From contig JALVPN010000217.1 in assembly GCA_027031765.1 (NCBI GenBank), positions 1 through 32,000 on the forward strand: DNA of 32,000 nt, read 5' to 3'. This DNA is from Promethearchaeota archaeon (lineage in GTDB: Archaea > Asgardarchaeota > Thorarchaeia > Thorarchaeales > Thorarchaeaceae). Positions 1 to 9,383 of the stretch are shown one piece after another; the first letter of the stretch is position 1; each line of letters starts with the position of its first letter. The translations under genes and the position numbers were made by a program. The notes below the pieces were generated by a model. It was given only the letters and a program-made list of their open reading frames with translations. It searched no databases and was not told the DNA's origin.

Positions 1-490
1 CCGTTGCGGGGACCGCCTCCGACGCCTCAGGTGGGCTTGCTCTGTCTGTGACACCCAGTGCTGGGGAGAGGACTTCCAGCAGCTTGTAGGCACCAAACGT
101 GATGGCGGACGGCTTGGGTGGACAGCCAGGCACATAGGCGGTGACCGGGATTGCCTGGTCAACACCACCGAGGACGTTGTATGCACCGCGGAACACACCG
201 CCGCTACACGCACAGGAGCCGATGGCAACTACGAACTTCGGCTCGGCCATCTGCTCGTAAATCCTCTGCAGGCGGGGCTTGATCTGTTCAGTGACCGGCC
301 CCGTGCACAGCATTATGTCAGCATGACGGGGGCTCCCGACAAGTTTCACGCCGAACCGTTCAAGGTCGAGCCTTGGCATGAGGGCTGCCAGTATCTCAAT
401 GTCACAACCATTGCAGCTCCCGGAGTTGAAATGGAACACGTACGGGGACCGTACGCGTGCCTTGTTGATAAGCCTCTGGAGGAACCCCAT
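1..490 (-). CDS. nuoB: NuoB-like / group 4 [NiFe]-hydrogenase-type small Fe-S subunit (3' end runs off the window)
   Basis: Not in the ORF track; manual translation from ATG at 490 (overlapping the nuoA TAA as TAATG): MGFLQRLINKARVRSPYVFHFNSGSCNGCDIEILAAL...GSPRHADIMLCTGPVT...VAIGSCACSGGVF...YVPGCPPKP. Carries the CxxC, GxC and PGCPP ligands of the NuoB/HycG/MbhJ family. Confidence 0.9.
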   Translation of the reverse strand, partial: MGFLQRLINKARVRSPYVFHFNSGSCNGCDIEILAALMPRLDLERFGVKLVGSPRHADIMLCTGPVTEQIKPRLQRIYEQMAEPKFVVAIGSCACSGGVFRGAYNVLGGVDQAIPVTAYVPGCPPKPSAITFGAYKLLEVLSPALGVTDRASPPEASEAVPAT

Positions 491-825
491 TATTCGCCCA
501 CCTCTTGAGGTGCAAGGGAAACATATGCTGCGGCCACCAACGCGACCACAAGATAGGCAATCACAACCGGACCCGGCGCGCTCCAGCTCAGGAACAGTAT
601 GAAACCGAGGATGTCAAACAGCATGAAGTAGAGGGCAAAGTTGAAGAGTTCTAGGTGGAACTGTACCTTTCCACCAAGAAATGAGGGCTCACCGCATGCG
701 TACGATTCTGTGGCAGGGCCCGATTTACGTGCAGGCGGTGCAACGCTCCTGCCGATGAGTACGATTGCGCCTACAAACAGGACGCTCATGAGGAGCACCA
801 TGACAAACCCGAGCACCAGGTCCAC
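490..825 (-). CDS. nuoA: NADH-quinone oxidoreductase subunit A-like membrane subunit
   Basis: 111 aa, three hydrophobic segments, loop ESYACGE (NuoA YECG-type), FALYFMLFD motif; GAGGTGG RBS before the GTG start. Confidence 0.85.
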   Translation of the reverse strand: MDLVLGFVMVLLMSVLFVGAIVLIGRSVAPPARKSGPATESYACGEPSFLGGKVQFHLELFNFALYFMLFDILGFILFLSWSAPGPVVIAYLVVALVAAAYVSLAPQEVGE

Positions 826-1093
826 TGTTGTTCCACCTCGGTCGGGCCGGAGCGCCCCGCGTGACGCATATATTCTTGGTGGTAGGGACGCCAGCCACTC
901 GCAGTGTTGAAGGCAGGTGAACCGTACACAGTGTCTGCTATTTAATCATGGGATAGAGGACTCTGATGGCAGGGCTGGTGTGGGTGGGGATGTCCAGCAC
1001 GGATTGGAGTACCATCCAGACTGGGGGCGGTCATGCATGGCACCATGAATAAGACGTATCAGGTCGGATAGATGGATGAAGGATGTGACTGAG

Positions 1094-3070
1094 ATGAGGC
1101 GGGCAGTCCTGCAGTGCATGGTGGTAGTCATACTACTGACCGCTGCCGAGACTACTAGTCCATACCCTCTGAACACGGACATAGGTGGTCGCAGGGCTGA
1201 CACCCCTTGGCGGCCGGCAATCAACAGGCCCACATGGCCTGGGGACGACGGGCAGTTCTCAAAGTGCAACCTGTCTGTATGTTTCACACCGGACAGTGCG
1301 CAGGTGTATGGGAACATCTCCCTGGATCTATACAACAACGACCCCGTCACGTTTGACAGCATCCCATTCCACCTGTATCCATCTGGGATGAAGTCACTCA
1401 GTAGAAACGGCTGCATTGATGTACTGGATGTCCTGACGCTTGTGGACGGGAAGACTGTTGGGCTCAACTTCACCGTACAAGGACAGCAACTGATGTGGGT
1501 GAACCTCAGTAGACCATGGCACCCCAGCGGACATGTCAGGCTCTTGATACGGTTTGTCACTACTCTGCCGGATGGGGGGATTGACCGTGCCAATGTATAT
1601 GGGAGCCATTCCACACAGGACTGGATACTGAAGTTTGCAAGTTCGTATCCCGTGCCATGTGTGTATGACCAGCGCGATGGGTGGAACACAGAACCATACA
1701 CATTCGATGCCGACCCGTTCTACTTCGACATGGCCTACTACAGGCTCAACATAACTGCTCCAGAAGACGTGGTCATTGCGGCTACCGGACTGCTCCGTGC
1801 AACGGAGCGGCACGGACAGTGGGTGACGTATGCGTATGACTCTGTCCTGCCGGTGAGAGAGGTCACATTCTCAGCATCACCATATTTTCTCACCGAGTCG
1901 CGCGCTGTAAACGGTGTCAATGTAACCGCGTTCTACCTCCCGAGTTCAGAGGCCCTCTGGGAACATACCGCAGTCAACATCACGGCCAATGCACTCGCCC
2001 TCTATAACCATACTTTTGGCACCTACCCTTACCCGGCCCTCAACGTCGTGGAGGAACACTCAGAGTACGGAGGGATGGAATACCCCTGTCAGGTGTACAT
2101 ATCGCATGCAGTATCACAGGCGGTCATGCGTGGGAACAGTGACCCGTCCATGTTTGAAGCGGTGGTAGCACACGAACTCGCACACCAGTGGTGGTATCAA
2201 CTGGTCGGCAACGACGAGTACGACGAGGGCTTTCTTGATGAGGGGCTAGCCTGTTGGTCGGAGAACTACTATGCCGAAGTGTACTATGGCAGCTGGACTG
2301 CCTTTCAGCAAACCGAGCTTGTAGACCTTGTCAGGCACTACCATGCCCAGAGTGGACTGCCATGCCGGATCAACCAGTCCACTGACGAGTACCCTGGGAA
2401 CTATCTGTTCGCGGCATACGTTAAGGCCCCAGTAGTCCTTGAGAAACTGAGGCAACTCGTGGGGCATAACATGTTCGTCCTAGCACTCCAACAATACTTT
2501 GAGGACAACGAGTTCGGTATTGCTACACTCCAAGACCTCCAGCGTGCCTTTGAGGACTCTGTACATAGACCTCTGGACTGGTTCTTCAATGCATGGTATG
2601 ACAACCCATACCTCCCACGATATGAGGTCACCAGTGCGACATGGGACACATCCACACGGATGCTTGTCATGACAGTTGAGGACACCAATGCCGCAACCAA
2701 CAGATACCCCTATCGTCAGGAACTCCTAGTCCGTGTGACGTCGGAAACGAACATCGTGTATGAGGCGTGGCAGTGGATAAACGGGAGCCATGTCATACTT
2801 GGACTGCCAGTGCCCCAGCAGCCGACATACGTCTTCCTAGTACTGGCTGACCTCGCCCTTGCACAGACATGCTATGGGGGGCAGGAACCGGCAGCCAGCA
2901 TACGCCCGGTGGACATCACCGGCGATGGTTCCACCACAGAGGGTCTGGACTCACCAACCACACTCCTTGTCCTAGGTGGGCTGACTGTAGCAGGCACCAT
3001 TGTGTTCGTGGTACTGCTGACAAAACGCGTGAGAAGACCTAGCCCTCAGTCGTCCATCGCACCTCTGTAG
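1094..3070 (+). CDS. M1 family zinc metallopeptidase (aminopeptidase N-like), signal peptide plus C-terminal membrane anchor
   Basis: GGMEYP exopeptidase motif, HELAHQWW...DEG (HEXXH-x18-E), N-terminal MRRAVLQCMVVVILLTAA, C-terminal TM segment followed by KRVRR. ORF track start is 1076; ATG 1094 preferred. Confidence 0.9.
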   Translation: MRRAVLQCMVVVILLTAAETTSPYPLNTDIGGRRADTPWRPAINRPTWPGDDGQFSKCNLSVCFTPDSAQVYGNISLDLYNNDPVTFDSIPFHLYPSGMKSLSRNGCIDVLDVLTLVDGKTVGLNFTVQGQQLMWVNLSRPWHPSGHVRLLIRFVTTLPDGGIDRANVYGSHSTQDWILKFASSYPVPCVYDQRDGWNTEPYTFDADPFYFDMAYYRLNITAPEDVVIAATGLLRATERHGQWVTYAYDSVLPVREVTFSASPYFLTESRAVNGVNVTAFYLPSSEALWEHTAVNITANALALYNHTFGTYPYPALNVVEEHSEYGGMEYPCQVYISHAVSQAVMRGNSDPSMFEAVVAHELAHQWWYQLVGNDEYDEGFLDEGLACWSENYYAEVYYGSWTAFQQTELVDLVRHYHAQSGLPCRINQSTDEYPGNYLFAAYVKAPVVLEKLRQLVGHNMFVLALQQYFEDNEFGIATLQDLQRAFEDSVHRPLDWFFNAWYDNPYLPRYEVTSATWDTSTRMLVMTVEDTNAATNRYPYRQELLVRVTSETNIVYEAWQWINGSHVILGLPVPQQPTYVFLVLADLALAQTCYGGQEPAASIRPVDITGDGSTTEGLDSPTTLLVLGGLTVAGTIVFVVLLTKRVRRPSPQSSIAPL

Positions 3071-3564
3071 ATCCGCGCCATCTCGATGTATACCCTTGCA
3101 CCTGTCATGAAGGCCTCCTTCATCTCGGGGGACACCTGTCGTCTTACCTTGCCGGGAACTCCAAGGACTAGGCTCCCATCAGGGATTACAGAGTCCTCCG
3201 TGACCACTGCGCCAGCACCAATCACGCAGTCCGACCCCACCTTAGCGCCAGTGAGTACAATGGCGCCAATCCCGACAACTGTCCGGTCACCAATCTCACA
3301 TGCATGGATGACACAGTTGTGACCAGCAGTCACATAGTCCCCTATGATTGCAGGGTTTGTAACGGTCGTGTGCACAGTTGCATTGTCCTGAATTGAGGTG
3401 CCACGTCCCACACGGATATAGTTCATGTCACCGCGCAACACCGAGAACTCCCAGATGGAAGAATCGGCCCCGACCTCAACATCACCAATTATGGACGCAC
3501 GGGGTGACACGTAGGCCTCCGAGTGGACTCTAGGAGTCTTGCCTTCGAACGGATATAGTCCCAA
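3046..3564 (-). CDS. Gamma-carbonic anhydrase family protein (hexapeptide repeat, YrdA/CaiE-like)
   Basis: IIGDVEVG, LRGDMNYIRVG, IQDNATVH and GHNCVIHAC with the His ligands. Likely TTG start at 3564 behind a GGGAGGT RBS (ORF track extends to 3606). Confidence 0.9.
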   Translation of the reverse strand: MGLYPFEGKTPRVHSEAYVSPRASIIGDVEVGADSSIWEFSVLRGDMNYIRVGRGTSIQDNATVHTTVTNPAIIGDYVTAGHNCVIHACEIGDRTVVGIGAIVLTGAKVGSDCVIGAGAVVTEDSVIPDGSLVLGVPGKVRRQVSPEMKEAFMTGARVYIEMARIYRGAMDD

Positions 3565-4146
3565 TGAACTACCTCCCGCTGACAGGATGTCAACCGGGCC
3601 CGACAACTTGCGAGACCATAATTAAGGGTATTGAACCGGTGATGGCGGTATCAGAAAAGGAGTGGGTGGCACAGGGCCACCCGAGTGCACCCGAGCGGGT
3701 AGACCAGCTCAGGAGCAACCTAGAACGGATAGTCAGGGCTTGGATCTGCTGGTACCGTGTTCATGATGAATCACAGACTGCAGTGATGGCAGTCGGATTG
3801 AACCGGAACGTGAATGTAGATTGCACTAGAAGAGGAGCGGGTGGAAAAGACATGCGAGTTGAGGGCGGGCACCAGCACACGGATCCGTTGAGAATAAGAG
3901 GGGCGGTCTAAAGGGTTTTTGGCCACTCCGGTAGAGGACGACGCAACAGTGGCAGAACAAGTAGAGGTGTGAGGGGAAAAAAACGAGTATTTTCTGCCTT
4001 CGTGCCATCATAGTCACCAGCATCCCCGGCAAACGAGACGAGGTAGTAGCTGCTGGTCGTGCACGTATTACAACATCGCACACTTCTGGAGTTCGTGCAC
4101 AATCATGGAGAGTACTGGTACACAGTACTAGGTACAGAACAGGGTC

Positions 4147-5334
4147 TCAGGAGATGGAGGCCAAGGGGGTGTCAAGGACATAGTCACGACTGGTGTTCCA
4201 CTCCCCACGGCCAAAGTAGTTCTTGTGGTAGAAGAAGTAGGTGAAAGAGGAGTTCAACTGGAGCTGGTACACCGAGGAGCGGGTCGCGTGCTCCCAGAAG
4301 AACTCGGAGAACTCTGGCGCGAAAGAGGGTGCCGATGTCACGAACAGCAGGAACGACTCGTCATCACCGATGCACTGACACTCAAAAGGGATCTCACCGG
4401 ACATGACAAAGCGGTGCAGACGCTCGGGGCTCAGGTCGGAACCGGCCCTGAAATGACCGGCAATCATCTGGGTATACGTGAGGTCGAACACACTGCGGTC
4501 GTAGTAGAGGAGCTCATTCCTTATGACCAGGTGACGCAGCCGTTTCACACGCCTTGAGATTGTAGTGGCATCCCGGTTATAGAGCTCGCCCAGACGGCGC
4601 AGGTTCGGTTTGGCGTTTATTGTCAGCTCACGGAGGAGCGACATGTCGAGGTTATCGAAGTCGTGCACCATGGCACGTCTGATTGGAGGGACTGCTGTCT
4701 GCGGGTCGTTTGCAAGGAAGCGGTCCCACACGGACTCCAGTCGGCTCAGTCGCGACCCTGCGGCGGCCTTCCGCCCATAGTCCAAGCTCCAACGGTTCTG
4801 GCCGAGACTCCAGCGTTCAAAATCTGCCTGCAGCCTGGCGACGCGCAGTGGCGTCTTGACTACGAACTGTTCGAAGAGGCCGAGGTCGCGGAGGCGGCGG
4901 TAGAGGGACTCCATAAGTCCGCTGATATCTGGGGGGATGTCAAACTGCACGTACATTGCTGCACCGTCACCGTATGCGGCCACACGATAGTGTGTATATG
5001 GGTGCTCGTCACACAGCTTCTTGAGACGGCTCATCGACAGAACATCATGGATACCCAAGAATAACACATGCTGACGGAGGAGGCCCAGACGTGAGGGGCT
5101 GTATACGGCCTCGACCTCGGTCTGAGTGCGCCTGCCCAACACTGGGTCGTCAATCTGGCGGTCGGGACGGAGGAACCCCTTCGCCTTCATGCGCTGCAGA
5201 CGAATCCTGACGGCCTCTGCTGACATCCCCACCTCCTTGCTGATTGCCACATTGCTCTGTGAGGGGTTCCGCTCAAGGGACAGGAATATGCGGTAGTCCT
5301 TCATGTCAAGGTCATATGTCCCCCAGGCCGCCAT
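4147..5334 (-). CDS. Two-domain winged-helix (Lrp/AsnC-like) transcriptional regulator
   Basis: Two HTH segments: YRIFLSLERNPSQSNVAISKEVGMSAEAVRIRLQRM and LDMSLLRELTINAKPNLRRLGELYNRDATTISRRVKRL, each followed by a beta/alpha effector-type region. Start could be 5358, 5334 or 5304. Confidence 0.75.
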   Translation of the reverse strand: MAAWGTYDLDMKDYRIFLSLERNPSQSNVAISKEVGMSAEAVRIRLQRMKAKGFLRPDRQIDDPVLGRRTQTEVEAVYSPSRLGLLRQHVLFLGIHDVLSMSRLKKLCDEHPYTHYRVAAYGDGAAMYVQFDIPPDISGLMESLYRRLRDLGLFEQFVVKTPLRVARLQADFERWSLGQNRWSLDYGRKAAAGSRLSRLESVWDRFLANDPQTAVPPIRRAMVHDFDNLDMSLLRELTINAKPNLRRLGELYNRDATTISRRVKRLRHLVIRNELLYYDRSVFDLTYTQMIAGHFRAGSDLSPERLHRFVMSGEIPFECQCIGDDESFLLFVTSAPSFAPEFSEFFWEHATRSSVYQLQLNSSFTYFFYHKNYFGRGEWNTSRDYVLDTPLASIS

Positions 5335-5430
5335 GATACATACTCCCGCCGAATGCAATATAAACTGTTCTGGATGGCGTATAGGTGGCGTTCCTATCCG
5401 CTAACTGTTGCCCACTCGTAGTGTACTGTG

Positions 5431-5901
5431 TCAACATACACCGAAGGTCGGCTTGCCTCCTTCGCTCCCACCAGGTGGGTCGAAGACATATGTTGCGCTG
5501 TCGGTCGCAGTAGCCGGGGTTACCAGCAGTGCTTTCACGTAGACAGTATAGTCGCCGCTCTCGGTGGCATGATTGAAGAAGAGGTTGTACGTGTACACGA
5601 CGTCAACCCATGCGAGCACTATGACGAGGTATGAATAGCTCGTCCCGGAAGGCAACGTCAGAGTGATTACGTAGGCAAACTCGTAGTAGTCACTCGAACT
5701 CAGGTCGAACCGTACGACCACAAGCACATCGTCCTCCCAAGAGTCGTCGTCCAGGTCGGTGTAGCACGCATCAACAATCGTGACCTCAATCCCATGTTCA
5801 TCGGAGGCCGCATGCACAACGGGAATGTTGACACACATCGGAACGATGACGAGGAGTGCAAACAGAACCAGTGCACGTCTTGAACTCAGACCCGCAATCA
5901 T
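5431..5901 (-). CDS. Secreted hypothetical protein with acidic DxDxD-type loop
   Basis: Signal peptide (SRRALVLFALLVIVPMCVNIPVVHA), DLDDDSWEDD loop, beta-rich body, C-terminal FDPPGG. Confidence 0.75.
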   Translation of the reverse strand: MIAGLSSRRALVLFALLVIVPMCVNIPVVHAASDEHGIEVTIVDACYTDLDDDSWEDDVLVVVRFDLSSSDYYEFAYVITLTLPSGTSYSYLVIVLAWVDVVYTYNLFFNHATESGDYTVYVKALLVTPATATDSATYVFDPPGGSEGGKPTFGVC

Positions 5902-6147
5902 CGTGAGAATCTCGTCTGCATGAATGCAAAGACCCTATATATGGGTTTGGGGAGGTCGTGCACCACATGCGTGCTCGCAACTGAGAAGAGGGCCGACCAG
6001 CAGTAACACAGGTCGCCGACCATTGCAGTCAGCGACAGGGACAAGACGACAGGAAAGAGGCGTACAGAGTGGAGGGGCCCATGTACCGGACATGGAACAG
6101 GTTGGAGAATACGGGACTGCTACAAAATACGAATTTGAGGAGGGGGG

Positions 6148-6179
6148 AAAAAAGAGGAGGGGTGGGGGTATACCCCCCA
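6148..6179 (-). terminator. Hairpin plus T-tract downstream of acs
   Basis: GGGGG-TATA-CCCCC hairpin (6164-6177) about 15 nt after the acs stop, followed on the minus strand by CCCCTCCTCTTTTTT. Confidence 0.55.
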
Positions 6180-6193
6180 TTTAATGGACTGCT

Positions 6194-8185
6194 CTATGGG
6201 ATTCGCTCGCGGATTAGGGCCTCCACAACGCTTGGGTCGGCCAGGGTTGTGGTGTCACCGATGTCATCAATCTGGCCGGCAGCAATCCGCTTCAGGATTC
6301 GTCGCATAATCTTCCCGGAGCGTGTCTTCGGGAGAGCATCAGCGAACTGGATTTTGGCCGGCGTAGCAATGGGGCCAATCTCCTTCCGCACATGCTGGCG
6401 GAGTTCCTCCTTGAGCTCGTCGGTCTTCTCGACACCCACCTTCAGGGTTACGAAGACATAGATGTCCTCACCCTTGACGTCGTGTGGGAAGCCGACGACA
6501 GCGCATTCTGCCACAGCCGGATGTGCCACGAGTGCAGACTCGATCTCAGCGGTACCGAGACGGTGACCACTGACCTTGAGCACATCATCAATGCGTCCCA
6601 CGATGAAGTAGTAGCCGTCCTCGTTGAAGCGGGCACCATCACCAGTCATATACATCGGCTGACCGGTCTCGGGGTCCTTGTACTGCACCCAGTACGTCTT
6701 CACAAAACGCTGGTGGTCACCGTAGACTGTCCTCATGAGACCAGGCCATGGCCGCTTGATGCACAGATAGCCACCCTCGTTGGGCCCAACAGGCTGGCCA
6801 CTCTCATCAACGATGATAGGGTCGATGCCGAAGTATGGGAAGGTGGCCGAGCCGGGGATGAGCTCATCAGCGCCTGGCAGCGGGGTGATAATGACACCAC
6901 CAGTTTCAGTCTGCCAGTAAGTGTCGACGATTGGGCAGCGGGACTTGCCGACCACCTCGTAGTACCAGATCCATGCCTCGGGGTTGATTGGCTCCCCGAC
7001 TGTGCCCAAGAGCCTCAGGGATGACAGGTCGTGACGTTTGACAGGTTCCTCACCGAACTTCATGAGGGCACGGATGGCTGTTGGGGCGGTATAGAACTGG
7101 TTCACCTTGTATTTCTCAACGACCTGCCAGAACCGGTCAGTATCGGGCCATGTCGGCACGCCCTCGAACATGAGGGTCGTGGCACCCGCACTCAGGGGCC
7201 CATAGACAATGTACGAGTGACCAGTAATCCAACCGATGTCTGCGGTGCACCAGTAGACATCGCCCTCATGCCAGTCAAAGATGTTCAGGAACGAGTGCGT
7301 GGTGTAGACCATGTAGCCACCCAGAGTGTGTAGTACACCCTTCGGCTTCCCGGTGGAGCCAGAGGTGTAGAGGATGAACAATGGGTCTTCTGCATTGAGC
7401 CACTCGGTCTCACACTCCGCATCGACCTTATCGAGTTCCTCGTGGTACCAGACATCACGGCCCTCGACCCAGTTGATGTCGATGTTCGTGCGTTTGACAA
7501 CCAGCACCTTCTTGACAGACGGGATGCCTTCGAGAGCGGTGTCGGCATTTTCCTTGAGCGGGTATACCTTACCCCTACGGAAGCTGCCGTCTGCCGTGAC
7601 AAGGAGTTTTGCCTCACAGTCGAGAATCCTCTCCCGGAGGCTGTCTGAGCTGAACCCTCCAAAGACAATACTGTGGACTGCCCCAATACGGGTACAGGCC
7701 AGCATGATGATTGCGAGCTCGGGGATCATGGGCAAGTAGATTGCAACGCGGTCGCCCTTGCTAATGCCCAGGTTCTTGAGGATGTTCGCGGCCTTGTTGA
7801 CCGCATCGCGGAGCTCGCGATAGGTGTACTTGATTGCATCCTCCTCGGGTTCGCCCTGCCATATCAGGGCAATCTGGTCGCCCTTGCCACGTTCAATGTG
7901 CTTGTCAAGGCAGTTGTAGGCCATGTTGGTGATGCCGTCCTCGAACCACGTGAAACGTGCGTTCTCGGGGTCTTTCCAGTCGAACCCCTTCGTCGGTTCC
8001 CTCTTCCAATAGCAGAGCTCCTTGGCGACTTTGAGCCAGAAACCATCAGGGTCACGGATGCTCTCTTCCCAGAGTTTCATCCGCTCCTCATGGCTCTTTA
8101 TGTACGCCTTCTGGACGAAGCTCTCCGGAGGGGGGAACCTCCGAGATTCGTCTTCGAGTACTGTAATCTTCTTCTCGTCGGACAA
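6194..8185 (-). CDS. acs: AMP-forming acetyl-CoA synthetase
   Basis: [52 protein letters not shown] and [12 protein letters not shown] motifs. Likely TTG start at 8185 (MSDEKK) behind GGGTGA; the ORF-track extension to 8332 is not homologous-looking. Confidence 0.97.
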   Translation of the reverse strand: MSDEKKITVLEDESRRFPPPESFVQKAYIKSHEERMKLWEESIRDPDGFWLKVAKELCYWKREPTKGFDWKDPENARFTWFEDGITNMAYNCLDKHIERGKGDQIALIWQGEPEEDAIKYTYRELRDAVNKAANILKNLGISKGDRVAIYLPMIPELAIIMLACTRIGAVHSIVFGGFSSDSLRERILDCEAKLLVTADGSFRRGKVYPLKENADTALEGIPSVKKVLVVKRTNIDINWVEGRDVWYHEELDKVDAECETEWLNAEDPLFILYTSGSTGKPKGVLHTLGGYMVYTTHSFLNIFDWHEGDVYWCTADIGWITGHSYIVYGPLSAGATTLMFEGVPTWPDTDRFWQVVEKYKVNQFYTAPTAIRALMKFGEEPVKRHDLSSLRLLGTVGEPINPEAWIWYYEVVGKSRCPIVDTYWQTETGGVIITPLPGADELIPGSATFPYFGIDPIIVDESGQPVGPNEGGYLCIKRPWPGLMRTVYGDHQRFVKTYWVQYKDPETGQPMYMTGDGARFNEDGYYFIVGRIDDVLKVSGHRLGTAEIESALVAHPAVAECAVVGFPHDVKGEDIYVFVTLKVGVEKTDELKEELRQHVRKEIGPIATPAKIQFADALPKTRSGKIMRRILKRIAAGQIDDIGDTTTLADPSVVEALIRERIP

Positions 8186-8377
8186 ACTCGTCACCCGATA
8201 GCATCGATGCTTTGGGCGTCGAGCACGAACACATCTATATGAACCTAACCATTGTATGTGTGGCTGTAGTATGGTGTCGAGCTGATACCAGAGATGCACA
8301 GTCCTGTGACGACTAGGAAGGGGAGGCTCCAAGACTTGAAGTGCCCCCTCGATAGCACTGGACTGACAGAGGAGGCG

Positions 8378-8410
8378 AAATAAAAGGCGAGCGCGGCCCA
8401 GAGGGGCCGC
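8378..8410 (-). terminator. GC hairpin plus T-tract downstream of satP
   Basis: GCGGCCC-AGAG-GGGCCGC (8393-8410), followed on the minus strand by GCTCGCCTTTTATTT. Confidence 0.6.
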
Positions 8411-8425
8411 AGGTCTTGTGCAACC

Positions 8426-8995
8426 CTACTCTACCGGGAACACTGGCCAGCCGTTCACCTCGGCAAGACCGAGGTAGAAAGCACTGGCACCACAGACGAC
8501 GCCCTCGTAACCTGCTGCCACAGCCAGTACAGCCGAGATTTCTGCCGAAATCAATGAGAGAGCATCAGCTGCTGACAGCATGAAGAACAAGATGGCCAGC
8601 GAGAGGAACACGAACTGGAGTACCCGGTTCGTCTTCAGCGTGCCAAAGAACATGAGGAGTGTGAAGACACCCCAGCAGGCAAGGTACGCAGACATCGAGG
8701 CTTTGTCGACAGTTGCAGCCCATCCGAGCAGCGGAAAAACGTGGAGGAATACAAATGTCAACCAGAAGAGCCCGTAAGAGCAGAAGGCGACCGTGCCAAA
8801 TGTGTTCCCCTTCCTAAACTCTAGTAGCCCGGCGAATATCTGTGCCAGTCCGCCGTAGAACACGCCCATCGCAAAAATCATTCCAAGGGCCGTGGCCGGG
8901 ATGATACCTGCGGTCTTCAGGTTCAGGAGGATGGTAGTCATCCCAAAACCTAGGAGGCCCAACGGGGCTGGGTTCGCAAGCTCAGTTTCACTCAT
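8426..8995 (-). CDS. satP: Acetate uptake transporter (SatP/YaaH, GPR1/FUN34 family)
   Basis: Family signature [33 protein letters not shown], six hydrophobic segments; GAGGTGA RBS. Confidence 0.93.
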   Translation of the reverse strand: MSETELANPAPLGLLGFGMTTILLNLKTAGIIPATALGMIFAMGVFYGGLAQIFAGLLEFRKGNTFGTVAFCSYGLFWLTFVFLHVFPLLGWAATVDKASMSAYLACWGVFTLLMFFGTLKTNRVLQFVFLSLAILFFMLSAADALSLISAEISAVLAVAAGYEGVVCGASAFYLGLAEVNGWPVFPVE

Positions 8996-9157
8996 TCTCA
9001 CTCACCTAATTGCTAGAGGTCGAGATGTTGGCACCGAGCGAAAAGACGCGGACTTATATTACTTACTTTGGGCAGGCAGACGCACAGCCCCGAGATTATG
9101 GTGCAGCGACAAAATGGAGGCATTGTACTGACCACAGCCGTGTGGAGTGCCATAACC

Positions 9158-9164
9158 TTTTTAT
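9158..9164 (+). promoter_or_regulatory. TATA box of tRNA-Ile
   Basis: TTTTTAT starting 36 nt upstream of the mature tRNA 5' end. Confidence 0.6.
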
Positions 9165-9193
9165 CAAGAACCAGGGGTTGCCAGTATGGACAC

Positions 9194-9271
9194 GGGCCCG
9201 TGGCATAGCCTGGTTATTGCACCGCTCTGATAAGGCGGGGGTCCGGAGTTCAAATCTCCGCGGGCCCACCA
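9194..9271 (+). tRNA. tRNA-Ile(GAU), no intron, CCA encoded
   Basis: GGGCCCG/CGGGCCC acceptor stem, CCGCT-CTGATAA-GGCGG anticodon arm, CGGAG-TTCAAAT-CTCCG T arm, ends in ACCA. Confidence 0.97.
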
Positions 9272-9383
9272 TCTAGTTCTTTCGCCCCCACCCCCACACC
9301 TGCCCCACCATGGTACTGCGTTGTCACCATGTGGAGAGATGTTCTGCTGCCACCAACGGAGATGTCAACCGTGGTGAGAATGT

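Noticed and set aside
946-1701. 251-aa minus-strand ORF and other long antisense ORFs (e.g. 7673..8242, 14772..15647, 25001..25891, 29675..30262)
   Set aside because: Shadow ORFs opposite clearly identified genes in GC-rich DNA; no recognisable motifs.
3763-3815. Candidate C/D sRNA starting ATGATGA
   Set aside because: A C box and a C'-like TGATGG are present, but there is no CTGA D or D' box at suitable spacing.
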